Origin: a virus
Lineage: Duplodnaviria; Caudoviricetes
Length of the DNA: 64,000 nt
Strand: one strand, 5' to 3'
IMG/VR virus record: IMGVR_UViG_2799112320_000004
Span: 1-64,000 of that record
Made by a program: the position numbers and the translations under genes. The notes under the pieces were generated by a model. That model was given only the letters and a program-made list of their open reading frames with translations. It had not been told where the DNA came from and made no database searches. Below, one piece after another: positions 18,741 to 27,575 of the stretch. Numbering within the stretch: the stretch's first letter is position 1; each line of letters starts with the position of its first letter.

Positions 18741-19224
18741 GACAGCAGCACTCTTCGCGCTCGCCCTGGCGGCGGCGATCGCTCCGCTCGAACTCCGCCC
18801 GGACGGCGACCTCTCGCAGGTCGTCGCCCAGACGCTCTTCTCGGACGGCAGCACGAACACGTGGACGCAAGCCGACCTGATCGCCGCCTTGCAACTTGTG
18901 AACCGCAAGTACCACCGCGACTGCGAGAGGGGGGACGGACGCAGGGCGTGGCACGGGAGGCTGATGCGGCAGACGGTCGTGACGAACGGCACGACGCTCG
19001 TCAAGACGGAGACGCACGAGGACGGGACCGAGTTCACGTTCGAGGCGCAGTACGTTCCGCCGTCCGTCGCCGTCTCGAACGCGAACGCGCGCCTGAAGAC
19101 CACGATGTCGAGGGGCGTGCCGAAGGCGTTGGCCGAGGCGCGGCTCCGGCGAGCGGAGGAAAAGGCAAGCGTGTCGAACGTCACGGTGACGGTCACGGCG
19201 GGTGCCGGAACGGAGGTCAAATGA
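18733..19224 (+). CDS. Signal-peptide protein (cassette gene 3)
   Basis: MNKTAALFALALAAAIA; DGSTNTWTQADL.AAL.L.NR.Y.RD...GR..WHG shared with 61489..62010. Confidence 0.7.
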   Translation: MNKTAALFALALAAAIAPLELRPDGDLSQVVAQTLFSDGSTNTWTQADLIAALQLVNRKYHRDCERGDGRRAWHGRLMRQTVVTNGTTLVKTETHEDGTEFTFEAQYVPPSVAVSNANARLKTTMSRGVPKALAEARLRRAEEKASVSNVTVTVTAGAGTEVK

Positions 19225-19466
19225 CGGATGAAGAAAGACTGAAGGCGCTTGCCGAAGAGGCAAGATACGAGGCGCGTTTGTGCAGAGGTCAGTTTTTCAA
19301 CTGCTGCTATCAGAACGACGGCATAAACAAGATGCTGTTGAACCACGCAACGCTTTTCCGCCAACTGGCAAGGGCACTAGTCGGCCCTGACGATGAAGAC
19401 AAGGCCTGGGATAACCTTTCGCAAAGAATAGCGGAAAAGTTTGCCGGAGGGGAAAACAATGGATGA
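19221..19466 (+). CDS. Hypothetical 81-aa protein (present only in element 1)
   Basis: GGAGG RBS, ATGA overlap with neighbours, AT-richer than flanks. Confidence 0.6.
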   Translation: MTDEERLKALAEEARYEARLCRGQFFNCCYQNDGINKMLLNHATLFRQLARALVGPDDEDKAWDNLSQRIAEKFAGGENNG

Positions 19467-19707
19467 AGTCACGAGAGACATGGTTAAGGCCCAGCTGAAG
19501 TCAGCAAAGACCAAGGAAGCGTTGAACGACGCCATGGTCAGCGCGATGATCGCCGTCGTGGACTGCCAGTGCAAGACGGGGATGCGAGTCAAGCGCCAGG
19601 GGCTCATCCTCGCCGGCATCGGCCTGTTACTGCTTCTGACGCTTCTGTGCGGCAACGACAGCGCGCTGAAGTTGCTGTGCTTCTGGAGATCGGGAGGGAC
19701 GCCGTGA
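19459..19707 (+). CDS. 82-aa single-TM protein, holin/antiholin candidate (cassette gene 4)
   Basis: C-terminal TM LILAGIGLLLLLTLLC; 71/82 residues identical to 61241..61489. Confidence 0.75.
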   Translation: MDEVTRDMVKAQLKSAKTKEALNDAMVSAMIAVVDCQCKTGMRVKRQGLILAGIGLLLLLTLLCGNDSALKLLCFWRSGGTP

Positions 19708-20150
19708 AGACGAAGTGGGCGACATGCGCCGCGCCGATCATCAGGCTTCCCATCAGCACGCTGGGAGAGTCTGAGGCGGTGCTGATGGAAGACTGGAACC
19801 TCGACGATGTGATCGGATTCTCGTTTTGCGTTCCGGCCGGAACCAGGACGGACGGCGCGAGCATCCCGAGGTTCCTCTGGAGGATTTGCGGCCATCCCCT
19901 CATGGCCCCGCGCGTGTATGCGGCCACACTCCACGACTGGCTGTACGGCGAATTCGACCTGACGGCCGCCGCGCTGCATGAAAGCCGGTACTTCAACACG
20001 GCCCTTCCCACGGACCTTACCCGCAAGGAGGCCGACGAATGCTACCGCGCCCTCCTGCTGCACTTTGGCGTCGCCGCGTGGCGGGCCGACATCGAATACT
20101 ACGCGCTCCGGCTGTTCGGATCGCGACACTACAAAGGAAAAAGCAAATGA
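19704..20150 (+). CDS. DUF1353 family protein (cassette gene 5)
   Basis: TDGASIPRFLW, AATLHDWLY, RKEADECYRALL..FGV motifs; GTG start overlapping the upstream stop. Confidence 0.85.
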   Translation: MKTKWATCAAPIIRLPISTLGESEAVLMEDWNLDDVIGFSFCVPAGTRTDGASIPRFLWRICGHPLMAPRVYAATLHDWLYGEFDLTAAALHESRYFNTALPTDLTRKEADECYRALLLHFGVAAWRADIEYYALRLFGSRHYKGKSK

Positions 20151-20797
20151 AGAAGATCATCTGGTTTTGCGCGGCCGCCGCGCTTGCAGCGTCCGCATTG
20201 GCCGAATACGATGCCGTCCAGCTGGAAGCCGGCGACAACCTGGTACCGGCACCGTGCTCCGGCGTGATGCTCCATGCCATCAGCACGAACGCGAGCGGCA
20301 CCGTCGTCCTGAAGAAGGTGACTGCGCTCTCGATCACGTGGAACGAGACGCGGACGGTGACGAACATCATCTACACGACCGCGTGGAGCAACCTCACGCA
20401 CACCGTCACGAACGACATGGTGAGCGCGTGGCGCACGAACGCCGTCACGGTCGCGGGGACGACGAACACGGTGGTCGAGACCAACTTCCTCGCACGGGCG
20501 ATGAACGCCATTCCGTCCGTCTATCCCTGGCCCGACCTGCTGATCACGACGAACAAGCTGACCGGCGTCGAGGTGTACACGAACATCCCGTACAAGGTAG
20601 AGTCGTCGCGTCGCGTGATGCCCTACACGATCCAGCGCCGGGCGTCGAAGTACGTCACGAACGACGTCTGCAACGTGACGCTGGCCAGCGGATTCAAGAC
20701 GAACGCCGTCAGCGGCGTGTTCGCGCCCGGCGACTACATCTACGCGAGCGGCACGGCGTTCAACGGCGGACGCGTGCAGCTGATCATAGAGAAGTGA
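20147..20797 (+). CDS. Secreted Thr/Asn-rich protein (cassette gene 6)
   Basis: MKKIIWFCAAAALAASALA signal peptide; N- and C-termini (STNASGTVVLKKVT; PGDYIYASGTAFNGGRVQLIIEK) shared with 59418..60203. Confidence 0.75.
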   Translation: MKKIIWFCAAAALAASALAEYDAVQLEAGDNLVPAPCSGVMLHAISTNASGTVVLKKVTALSITWNETRTVTNIIYTTAWSNLTHTVTNDMVSAWRTNAVTVAGTTNTVVETNFLARAMNAIPSVYPWPDLLITTNKLTGVEVYTNIPYKVESSRRVMPYTIQRRASKYVTNDVCNVTLASGFKTNAVSGVFAPGDYIYASGTAFNGGRVQLIIEK

Positions 20798-20841
20798 CTT
20801 CCGGCAATTCCGCCGGGGAAAACAAACAGGAGTAAAAAGCA

Positions 20842-21345
20842 ATGAAGAAACTGATATTGGCGTGTGTCGTTGCCGTGGCCCTCTCGGGGTGCATGTTCAT
20901 CGTCGCGGGCTGCCGTACGGTGTGCGTCGAGAACGACAAGGAGAAAGGCTGGTCCGTGACCTGCCGCTCCAACATGATGAAGTCCGAGCTGGACAACATG
21001 AAGGCGTCCATAAATCCCGACGGGACTATCTCGTTCGAGATGGGAGGCCTCGCTTCTAGCCCGTCCGAGGAGTTCGCGAAGAGCCTGATGACGATGACAT
21101 ACATCGCGCGCCTTGCCGCTGCCATCGCGTCGCCAACTGCGGCCGGCGTCCCGCTCAACGAATCCGCCGCCGACCCACAGGCGATAGCTGCGATCCTTGC
21201 CGCCCAGGCCGCCGCAAAGGAAACGACGGTAAAGGCGAAGAGCGCGGCCGCCGTGAGCAAGATCGAAGCCAAGGCGAAGGCCGCGTGCCCGACCGGCACG
21301 TGCTCCGACGGAACATGTTCCGACTGCCAGGCGACGGCTAAGTAG
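20842..21345 (+). CDS. Lipoprotein with Cys-rich tail, spanin candidate (cassette gene 7)
   Basis: Lipobox-like LSGC and VAGC; internal hydrophobic helix; tail CPTGTCSDGTCSDC; paralog at 60217..60720. Confidence 0.7.
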   Translation: MKKLILACVVAVALSGCMFIVAGCRTVCVENDKEKGWSVTCRSNMMKSELDNMKASINPDGTISFEMGGLASSPSEEFAKSLMTMTYIARLAAAIASPTAAGVPLNESAADPQAIAAILAAQAAAKETTVKAKSAAAVSKIEAKAKAACPTGTCSDGTCSDCQATAK

Positions 21346-21372
21346 GGATCAGCACGACGGAAGGAGCGCCCC

Positions 21373-22398
21373 ATGACCATAAACGCCGACAATATCGCAG
21401 TCTGCCAGGAGGCTCTGTACCTTCTGCGGCAGGACGTGGGGCTTCCGTCCGTGGAGGCGGCGCCGACGGACACGTCGCTCGAATGGCAGAAGAGCAAGAT
21501 CGCGTTCGACACGGCCGTCTCCGAGGTCTGGAACGCGCACGACTGGAACGCCGAGCTGAAGCTGACGGGCGCAGACCTGACGGCGGCGCCCGCGAGCGTC
21601 GCGAAATGGACTCCCGCCATGCGCTCCGCGCTCGCCTACTGCGTGGCGTCGGAGCTGGCGATCCCGCTTGCGGGCCGCGTCCAGGACCTCCAGAACTGGC
21701 GCGCGCTCTACGCGGAGAAGCTGACGCGCGCCCGAGTCCTCTCGCTGGAGGCCGAGCGCAAGGCCGTCACGAACCAGACACACAACGACATTCTGGCTCT
21801 GCTCGTGCCGCACTTCGATCCGGCCGACGGTCACCTGCCGCGCTCGATCAAGGTGCTGACAGACCGGGCCGACGCGCTCGCGGACTCCGCGCGCTACGCC
21901 GTCCTCGCCGACCACGCCTGGAACTTCGCCCGCGCAGAGGAGCGTGTCGCGTCGTGCGACGTCCCGCACGGCTGCGGGCCGTACCCGTTCGCGTCCGAGG
22001 TCCCGCCCTGCTGCGCTCACCTGGAGGCCGTGTTCACGCACGGCGGGAAGCTGGACGACTGGAAGGTGTACGAGGGCCGGATCATCGTCGCCCGCGAGCC
22101 GGTCGTCTCGATCGTCTTCACGCGCGACGACAAGCGGCCCGAGAAATGGCCGCCGCTCGTACGCCGCGCGTTCCTGTTCCGTCTCGCCGCAGACGTGGCG
22201 CAGACCGAGGTGCCGAAGCTCTTCGAGGTGCTGGAGGCGAAGGCGGCCGAAGCGCTCGTGGAGGCAAGGGCCCGAGACGCGCGCGAGTCGAACACGCCGC
22301 GCGACGCATGGGGACGCAACTACCACGTGGACGCCATGCGCGGCATCCGTCCGGGCGGGCACCTCCCGCCGCACCGCCCTTTCCACGGCCTCATCTAG
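21373..22398 (+). CDS. Tail tubular protein A / adaptor (T7 gp11-like), apparently two-domain
   Basis: IAVCQEALYLL, HAWNFA, W.VYEGRII, WPPLVRRAFLFRLAADVA motifs; position before the nozzle gene. Confidence 0.75.
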   Translation: MTINADNIAVCQEALYLLRQDVGLPSVEAAPTDTSLEWQKSKIAFDTAVSEVWNAHDWNAELKLTGADLTAAPASVAKWTPAMRSALAYCVASELAIPLAGRVQDLQNWRALYAEKLTRARVLSLEAERKAVTNQTHNDILALLVPHFDPADGHLPRSIKVLTDRADALADSARYAVLADHAWNFARAEERVASCDVPHGCGPYPFASEVPPCCAHLEAVFTHGGKLDDWKVYEGRIIVAREPVVSIVFTRDDKRPEKWPPLVRRAFLFRLAADVAQTEVPKLFEVLEAKAAEALVEARARDARESNTPRDAWGRNYHVDAMRGIRPGGHLPPHRPFHGLI

Positions 22399-22407
22399 GA
22401 GAACGCC

Positions 22408-25400
22408 ATGCCGCTTTGGAAGAACACGCAGCACGCCTTCATCGCCGGGCAGCTCGACACGCATGTCATGGGCCGGCAGGACATGGACAAATATTCCCAC
22501 GGCGCGACGCTCCTGAAGAACTTCCTCGTGAAGCGTCAGGGCTGCATTTCCAAGCGCAGGGGCACCGACCTCACGGCGGACCTCTCCGGACTTCTCGGAA
22601 CGACCTACGACGGCACGCCCATCTCGCCGGACAAGATGCGCCTCGTGCCCGTCACCAACGGCGACGACGGGCGATACGTCATCCTCTCCGGCGGCATCGG
22701 ATTCGTCGCAGACCGTAGGGGAGTCATGCTCGACAAGGGTGAATTCGCGCGTTCCATCGGCCCTTACGTGGCCGTCGACGCGGACGGGAAGGCCATCGTC
22801 TCCGCGCGCTCAGACTCGCGTGCGTCGAACGAGACTCCTGTGGACGTGATCCACGCGATCAGCGCGGGCAACTATTCTGTCGCGCGATACGGCAACACAT
22901 ACGATTCGAACGGCTACATGACGGCCAACGCGCTCCAGAACGCAATCGCCGCCGCGCAGGAGGGAGACACCATCCGCCTGCACGGCGACCTGCTGCTCGA
23001 GCAGAAGCGAACCGGCGAAAACACGCTCGCGCAGAACATCGTCACCGTGGACAAGTCCCTGACGATCGACCTGTACGGTTACAAGGTGACGGTGTACGGA
23101 CGATACGCCCACATCGCCGTCACGTCGCCGGACATCGACCTGACGATCACGTCCACTCGGCCCTGCGCCCGTTTCGTCACGCTCTCGGACGCAAACTCGT
23201 ATTGGCTGAAGTTCACGCCGTACACGAGCGGTAACACGAAGTCCGGCACCCTGACGCTTGACGGAGACATCTCATGGCAGATGATGGGCGGCGGCTCCAA
23301 CTTTGGCGGGATTTACGCGGACCACGCCGCCCACGTGGTCGTGAACTCCGGGAGGTTCGAGTTCGACGACGTAAAGGGAGGATACGTGTTCGCGCTCAAA
23401 AACGGCGGCGACGTGACGATAAACGGCGGTACGTTCAGGATCGGAAACTCCACCGTCACTGAGGACGACACGAAATACATCTTCTGGTGCGCGTCCGCCG
23501 GCGCCGTCACGGTCAACGGCGGGACGTTCGTCAACGAGAACACGAACTCTGGCTCGTCGTCCATCTTCTACGCCGCGACCGTCGCGATCTTCGGCGGAAG
23601 GTTCTCCGCGCAGTCGGCCGCGCAATATTCCAGTTCCGGAACGCTCCGCGTGTTCCGCGGGGAATTCGCGCACAACAACATCAACGGAACCGCCCTGGAC
23701 GCGACGGGCTACTATCTCGGCTCGCGCCAGCCCGCGGCCACTACGATCGCTTTCGACGGCACCGACGTCACCGCGACGGCCAGCGCGTGGACCTTGTCTG
23801 ATTCCGGGAACCTGACGATCTCGTGGCTCTCCACACAGCATGTGTGGCGCCTGCTCGGCACGATGGCCGGAGGCGGGAACGTGAACGAGACAACGTCCGG
23901 CAATCCGGCCGACACCGAGGTCGTTTTCCCGGAGCACGGCGTGACTGCCACGCGGTCGTGGACGATCTCGGGGGACGGCTCGTGGGCGCTCACGTTCGAC
24001 ATCGCCACGACTTACTGGCGGCTCGTCGGAGCTGAGCCGAACGACACGCAGCCGAACGGGGCGGGTTACTACGGCGTCAGGATGATCGGCGAGAACGACT
24101 ACGCTTACGCGCACACGACGGGATCCATCCCGTACCGCATCGCGATCCCGTACGCGGACGCGGACCTGGCCGACCTCTGCATCCGCCAGTCCGGCGACAC
24201 TCTTTTCATCGCGCACCGCGACTACCCTCCTGCCAAAGTGTCGTTCGACGCCGACGGCCGCGCGACTTACGAGGAACTGCGATTCGACAACACTTCACTT
24301 CTGCCGCCGGTCGTCGACTCGGCGGAGATGGCCGGACAGGACCCGGTCGAAACCGAATGGCCGGACGAGTTCCCGCGGCTGAAGGAACAGAGCGACAGCA
24401 ACGTGGACTGCGTGAACGTCGGCTCTGACGGAACCGACGAATACTGGTACACCGCGGGGTGCCCGTCATGGCTCACCGAGAACCAGAAAAAGGAGCTCGT
24501 CGCGTTCAGGAAGGCCTGCGCCGCGCTCGGGACGGTGACGGACGCGGGACACAGCGCCAACGTGGCTGACGGGAACGACGGATCTTGCAGCTACGCCTGC
24601 TCGTACACATGCACGTCTGTCAGCGTCGACCGTGCGATGGGCGTAAAAACGACAACCGTCTCCGTTAAGTCCTTCACCAAATCCGTGACGAAAGAGGAGA
24701 CGACGGAATTCACGGACGGGCTTGCGACTGGTACGTGCCAGCGGACGATCACCACGGACGGAAGCGCGGAGAACTCCGCGAGCGCGTCGTCCGTCCTCGT
24801 GTCTCGCACCGTCAGGTACGTCGCGACCTACGTCAAGGACGGCATGGAGTCGCGCCCGTCCGTTCCTGTCGCCGTGGACTACTTCATGCCATGGGCCAAC
24901 AACGCCGTCGTGAACATCGTCGTGTCAAAGGGCGACAACGACGACGAGCCTGAATACTACAATGTCTACAAGGACAACGGGAACGGCTACGGACTGATCG
25001 GATCCGTGGGAGTAGAGGCGTCGTCCGGTGCGTTCTCCGCAACGGTTGACGAATATGCGACGAACATTCCGGACAACTCGGCGGACACGCTTTCGGCTCC
25101 CTGCCTCATGGACTACCTCGACGGCAGGGGCGTCGGACTGGAGACCGTGATGAGGAAGATCTGCTCGGGATCGAACGCGACATTCTCCACCTCGCCGGCC
25201 GGTGACGCCTGCCTCATCTGCCCGCCTTCGCGCCAGTCCGAAGGCATGACCATCAAATTCTCCAAGGGGACGAGGTTCAAGCGGATGCGCGTCTACCTCG
25301 ACGGGCGCATCTACGACAAGGTGACAGGCACGGCGTACCTCGTGCCGTCCGCGCCGGAGATCAAGCTTTACGTCACATACCGTAAGGCCGACGGAACGTC

Positions 25401-27060
25401 CGCGCCCATGGCGTTCGGATCCGGCGCCTACATCCACAAGTCCGTGTCGATGAACTACGTCGCGCGTGGCGGCTACCTCGGCACCGTAGCACAAGGTGCT
25501 TACGGCGACTGGCTCCTCCTTCCGATGAGATCGACCACGCTCCCGAACGGAGACGCGCTGTACATGCGCCTTGTCGGCCCGGGACACAACACCGAATACA
25601 TGAACGCGCATCCGCGCTACGTAGATTTCGACATTTCGTCCGGAATCTCTTCTGCCGATTCATTCTCCTGCATCGACTCCGTGACCATGAAGTTCGACGG
25701 CAGCCAGTATTTCGCGTGGTCCGGGAACCGCCAGACGGGCGTCGTGCGCGCCTTGAAGTTCTTCTCCTCGTCGTCCGGCGGGGTAGACGGCGGGAACATG
25801 CAGGACGACTACATCAACCCAGACATGACGGTCACGCCGCCAGTCATCGACGACCCACACTTCGCCGCCGCCGGCGAATATCCAGGTTGCGTGGGCATCT
25901 ACGAACAACGGCTCGTCTTCGCTTCCACGCGCGGCGCGCCGTCCACAATCTGGATGAGCCGCATCGCCGACCTCTACAACTTCACGGCCCACGAGTCGAT
26001 CCGGGAGGACGACGCGCTCGAGCTTACCCTGGCCGCGACGGAGTTCCCGAACATCAACCACCTCGTCATGGGCCGCGACCTGATGCTGTTCGGCGACGGC
26101 GGCGAATGGTTGATCGCGCCCGTCTCGGGGAACGCCCTCACCTACAAGACCGCATCCGCGAAGCTCCAGAGCATGGTCGGCTCCGACCGCACCCTCCAGC
26201 CGCTCCAGCTCGCGGACGAGACGCTGTTCGCGGAGCGCGGCGGCACGTGCCTACGCTCGATCAACTACAACTACACCTCCGACAGCTACCAGTCGGAAGA
26301 CCTCTCCGTGATCGCGCAGTCGATCTTCCGCGCGAACCCGATCGTCTCGATGGCCTACAAGCAGCATCCGGACTCCATCGTCGAGTGCGTGCTCGCGGAC
26401 GGGCGCGTCGCGACGCTAGTCTACATGAAGGAGCAGGAAGTCGCCGCCTGGAGCGTGCAGGAGCTCGGCGGCGGGTGGAAGGCCAAGGAGATCGTCACGC
26501 CCAAGTGCATCATCGACGGCACCACCGAGATGATGATGCTCGTCGAGAAGGACGGCGTGTACCAGCTCTGGAAGGTCCGAAACGACTCCGACGCGCCGAC
26601 GGCCGCGAACCAGGTGATACTGGACGGCATGCACATCGAGACGTCATCCGAGCCGACCGGGACGGAAGAAGTCGGCGTCGCGCTCGGTGACGGAACCTAC
26701 GCGGTCGGCTGGCCAATCGTGTCCGAGATGGTCACGGTCCGGCCAGAACCAGAACGTGCCCAGACCATGCAGATGGAGATCAAGAACGCGACCGAATCGG
26801 AGATCCGAGTCATCGGCGCCAGCACGTTCAAGGTCAAGCCATACGCGATCGACACGGGCTGGCGCGACGTCTCGCTGCCGGTCGTCCGCGACGGATCCGC
26901 CGTGACGCTCGCGGAGAAGGACTGCAAGAAGCTCATGACCGGCACGAACAACCGCGACGGGCGCATCCACGTCCGCCACGCCGAGCCGTGGCCGCTCACG
27001 ATCCTCTCCATCAGCAACACCTACCAGGTCGAGTACGAGAACGGAGGAAAGGAGCAGTGA
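22408..27060 (+). CDS. Tail tubular protein B / nozzle (T7 gp12-like) with large insertions
   Basis: QHAFIAGQL...GRQDMDKY..GA..LKNF.V..QG...KRRGT N-terminus; PY..ADL..L...QSGDTLFIAH; YPGCVGIYEQRLVFAS; HAEPWPLTILSI C-terminus; 1550 aa. Confidence 0.85.
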   Translation: MPLWKNTQHAFIAGQLDTHVMGRQDMDKYSHGATLLKNFLVKRQGCISKRRGTDLTADLSGLLGTTYDGTPISPDKMRLVPVTNGDDGRYVILSGGIGFVADRRGVMLDKGEFARSIGPYVAVDADGKAIVSARSDSRASNETPVDVIHAISAGNYSVARYGNTYDSNGYMTANALQNAIAAAQEGDTIRLHGDLLLEQKRTGENTLAQNIVTVDKSLTIDLYGYKVTVYGRYAHIAVTSPDIDLTITSTRPCARFVTLSDANSYWLKFTPYTSGNTKSGTLTLDGDISWQMMGGGSNFGGIYADHAAHVVVNSGRFEFDDVKGGYVFALKNGGDVTINGGTFRIGNSTVTEDDTKYIFWCASAGAVTVNGGTFVNENTNSGSSSIFYAATVAIFGGRFSAQSAAQYSSSGTLRVFRGEFAHNNINGTALDATGYYLGSRQPAATTIAFDGTDVTATASAWTLSDSGNLTISWLSTQHVWRLLGTMAGGGNVNETTSGNPADTEVVFPEHGVTATRSWTISGDGSWALTFDIATTYWRLVGAEPNDTQPNGAGYYGVRMIGENDYAYAHTTGSIPYRIAIPYADADLADLCIRQSGDTLFIAHRDYPPAKVSFDADGRATYEELRFDNTSLLPPVVDSAEMAGQDPVETEWPDEFPRLKEQSDSNVDCVNVGSDGTDEYWYTAGCPSWLTENQKKELVAFRKACAALGTVTDAGHSANVADGNDGSCSYACSYTCTSVSVDRAMGVKTTTVSVKSFTKSVTKEETTEFTDGLATGTCQRTITTDGSAENSASASSVLVSRTVRYVATYVKDGMESRPSVPVAVDYFMPWANNAVVNIVVSKGDNDDEPEYYNVYKDNGNGYGLIGSVGVEASSGAFSATVDEYATNIPDNSADTLSAPCLMDYLDGRGVGLETVMRKICSGSNATFSTSPAGDACLICPPSRQSEGMTIKFSKGTRFKRMRVYLDGRIYDKVTGTAYLVPSAPEIKLYVTYRKADGTSAPMAFGSGAYIHKSVSMNYVARGGYLGTVAQGAYGDWLLLPMRSTTLPNGDALYMRLVGPGHNTEYMNAHPRYVDFDISSGISSADSFSCIDSVTMKFDGSQYFAWSGNRQTGVVRALKFFSSSSGGVDGGNMQDDYINPDMTVTPPVIDDPHFAAAGEYPGCVGIYEQRLVFASTRGAPSTIWMSRIADLYNFTAHESIREDDALELTLAATEFPNINHLVMGRDLMLFGDGGEWLIAPVSGNALTYKTASAKLQSMVGSDRTLQPLQLADETLFAERGGTCLRSINYNYTSDSYQSEDLSVIAQSIFRANPIVSMAYKQHPDSIVECVLADGRVATLVYMKEQEVAAWSVQELGGGWKAKEIVTPKCIIDGTTEMMMLVEKDGVYQLWKVRNDSDAPTAANQVILDGMHIETSSEPTGTEEVGVALGDGTYAVGWPIVSEMVTVRPEPERAQTMQMEIKNATESEIRVIGASTFKVKPYAIDTGWRDVSLPVVRDGSAVTLAEKDCKKLMTGTNNRDGRIHVRHAEPWPLTILSISNTYQVEYENGGKEQ

Positions 27061-27575
27061 AGCCGTCCGTGACATTCCCGGGAGGGTTCAACCTGGCACC
27101 GTCCACGCAGGAGGAGATCGACTACGTGGAGGCGAACTACCGCACGGGCGAACGCCGCGAGTGCGAGATCGAGAAGGCGACGCGCACGCTCGTCACGGAC
27201 TTCGAGCAGTGCTGGACGGTCCGCGCCGATAACGGCGACATCGTGGGCTTCTTCGGCGTGCTCGTGATGCCGAACGAGTCGTTCATGAGCCGGACGCGCG
27301 GGTTCTGCTTCATGTCCTGCGAGAACGCGAACCGGCACAAGATCGCGTTCGTCAAGGCGTCGCGTCCGGCGTTCAAGTGGATGGTCGGCCAATGCCCGGA
27401 ATGGGCCGACACGTTCCTCACCTGGCCGCTCGAGTCGTACGCCGCGAGCGTGCGCTGGCAGGAGAAGATTCTGAAGATGCGCCGCGTGGCGCGCGTACCC
27501 GCACCCGAGGACGGGGAACGGTACATCGTGATGGAACTCACAAGACAGGAGGTGGAATCATGGGCATGGAACTAG
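27057..27575 (+). CDS. GNAT-like protein (T7 gp13-like position)
   Basis: GTG start overlapping the nozzle stop; DGDIVGFFGV...FCFMSC...IAFVK..R...W pattern typical of the post-nozzle acetyltransferase-fold gene. Confidence 0.6.
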   Translation: MKPSVTFPGGFNLAPSTQEEIDYVEANYRTGERRECEIEKATRTLVTDFEQCWTVRADNGDIVGFFGVLVMPNESFMSRTRGFCFMSCENANRHKIAFVKASRPAFKWMVGQCPEWADTFLTWPLESYAASVRWQEKILKMRRVARVPAPEDGERYIVMELTRQEVESWAWN

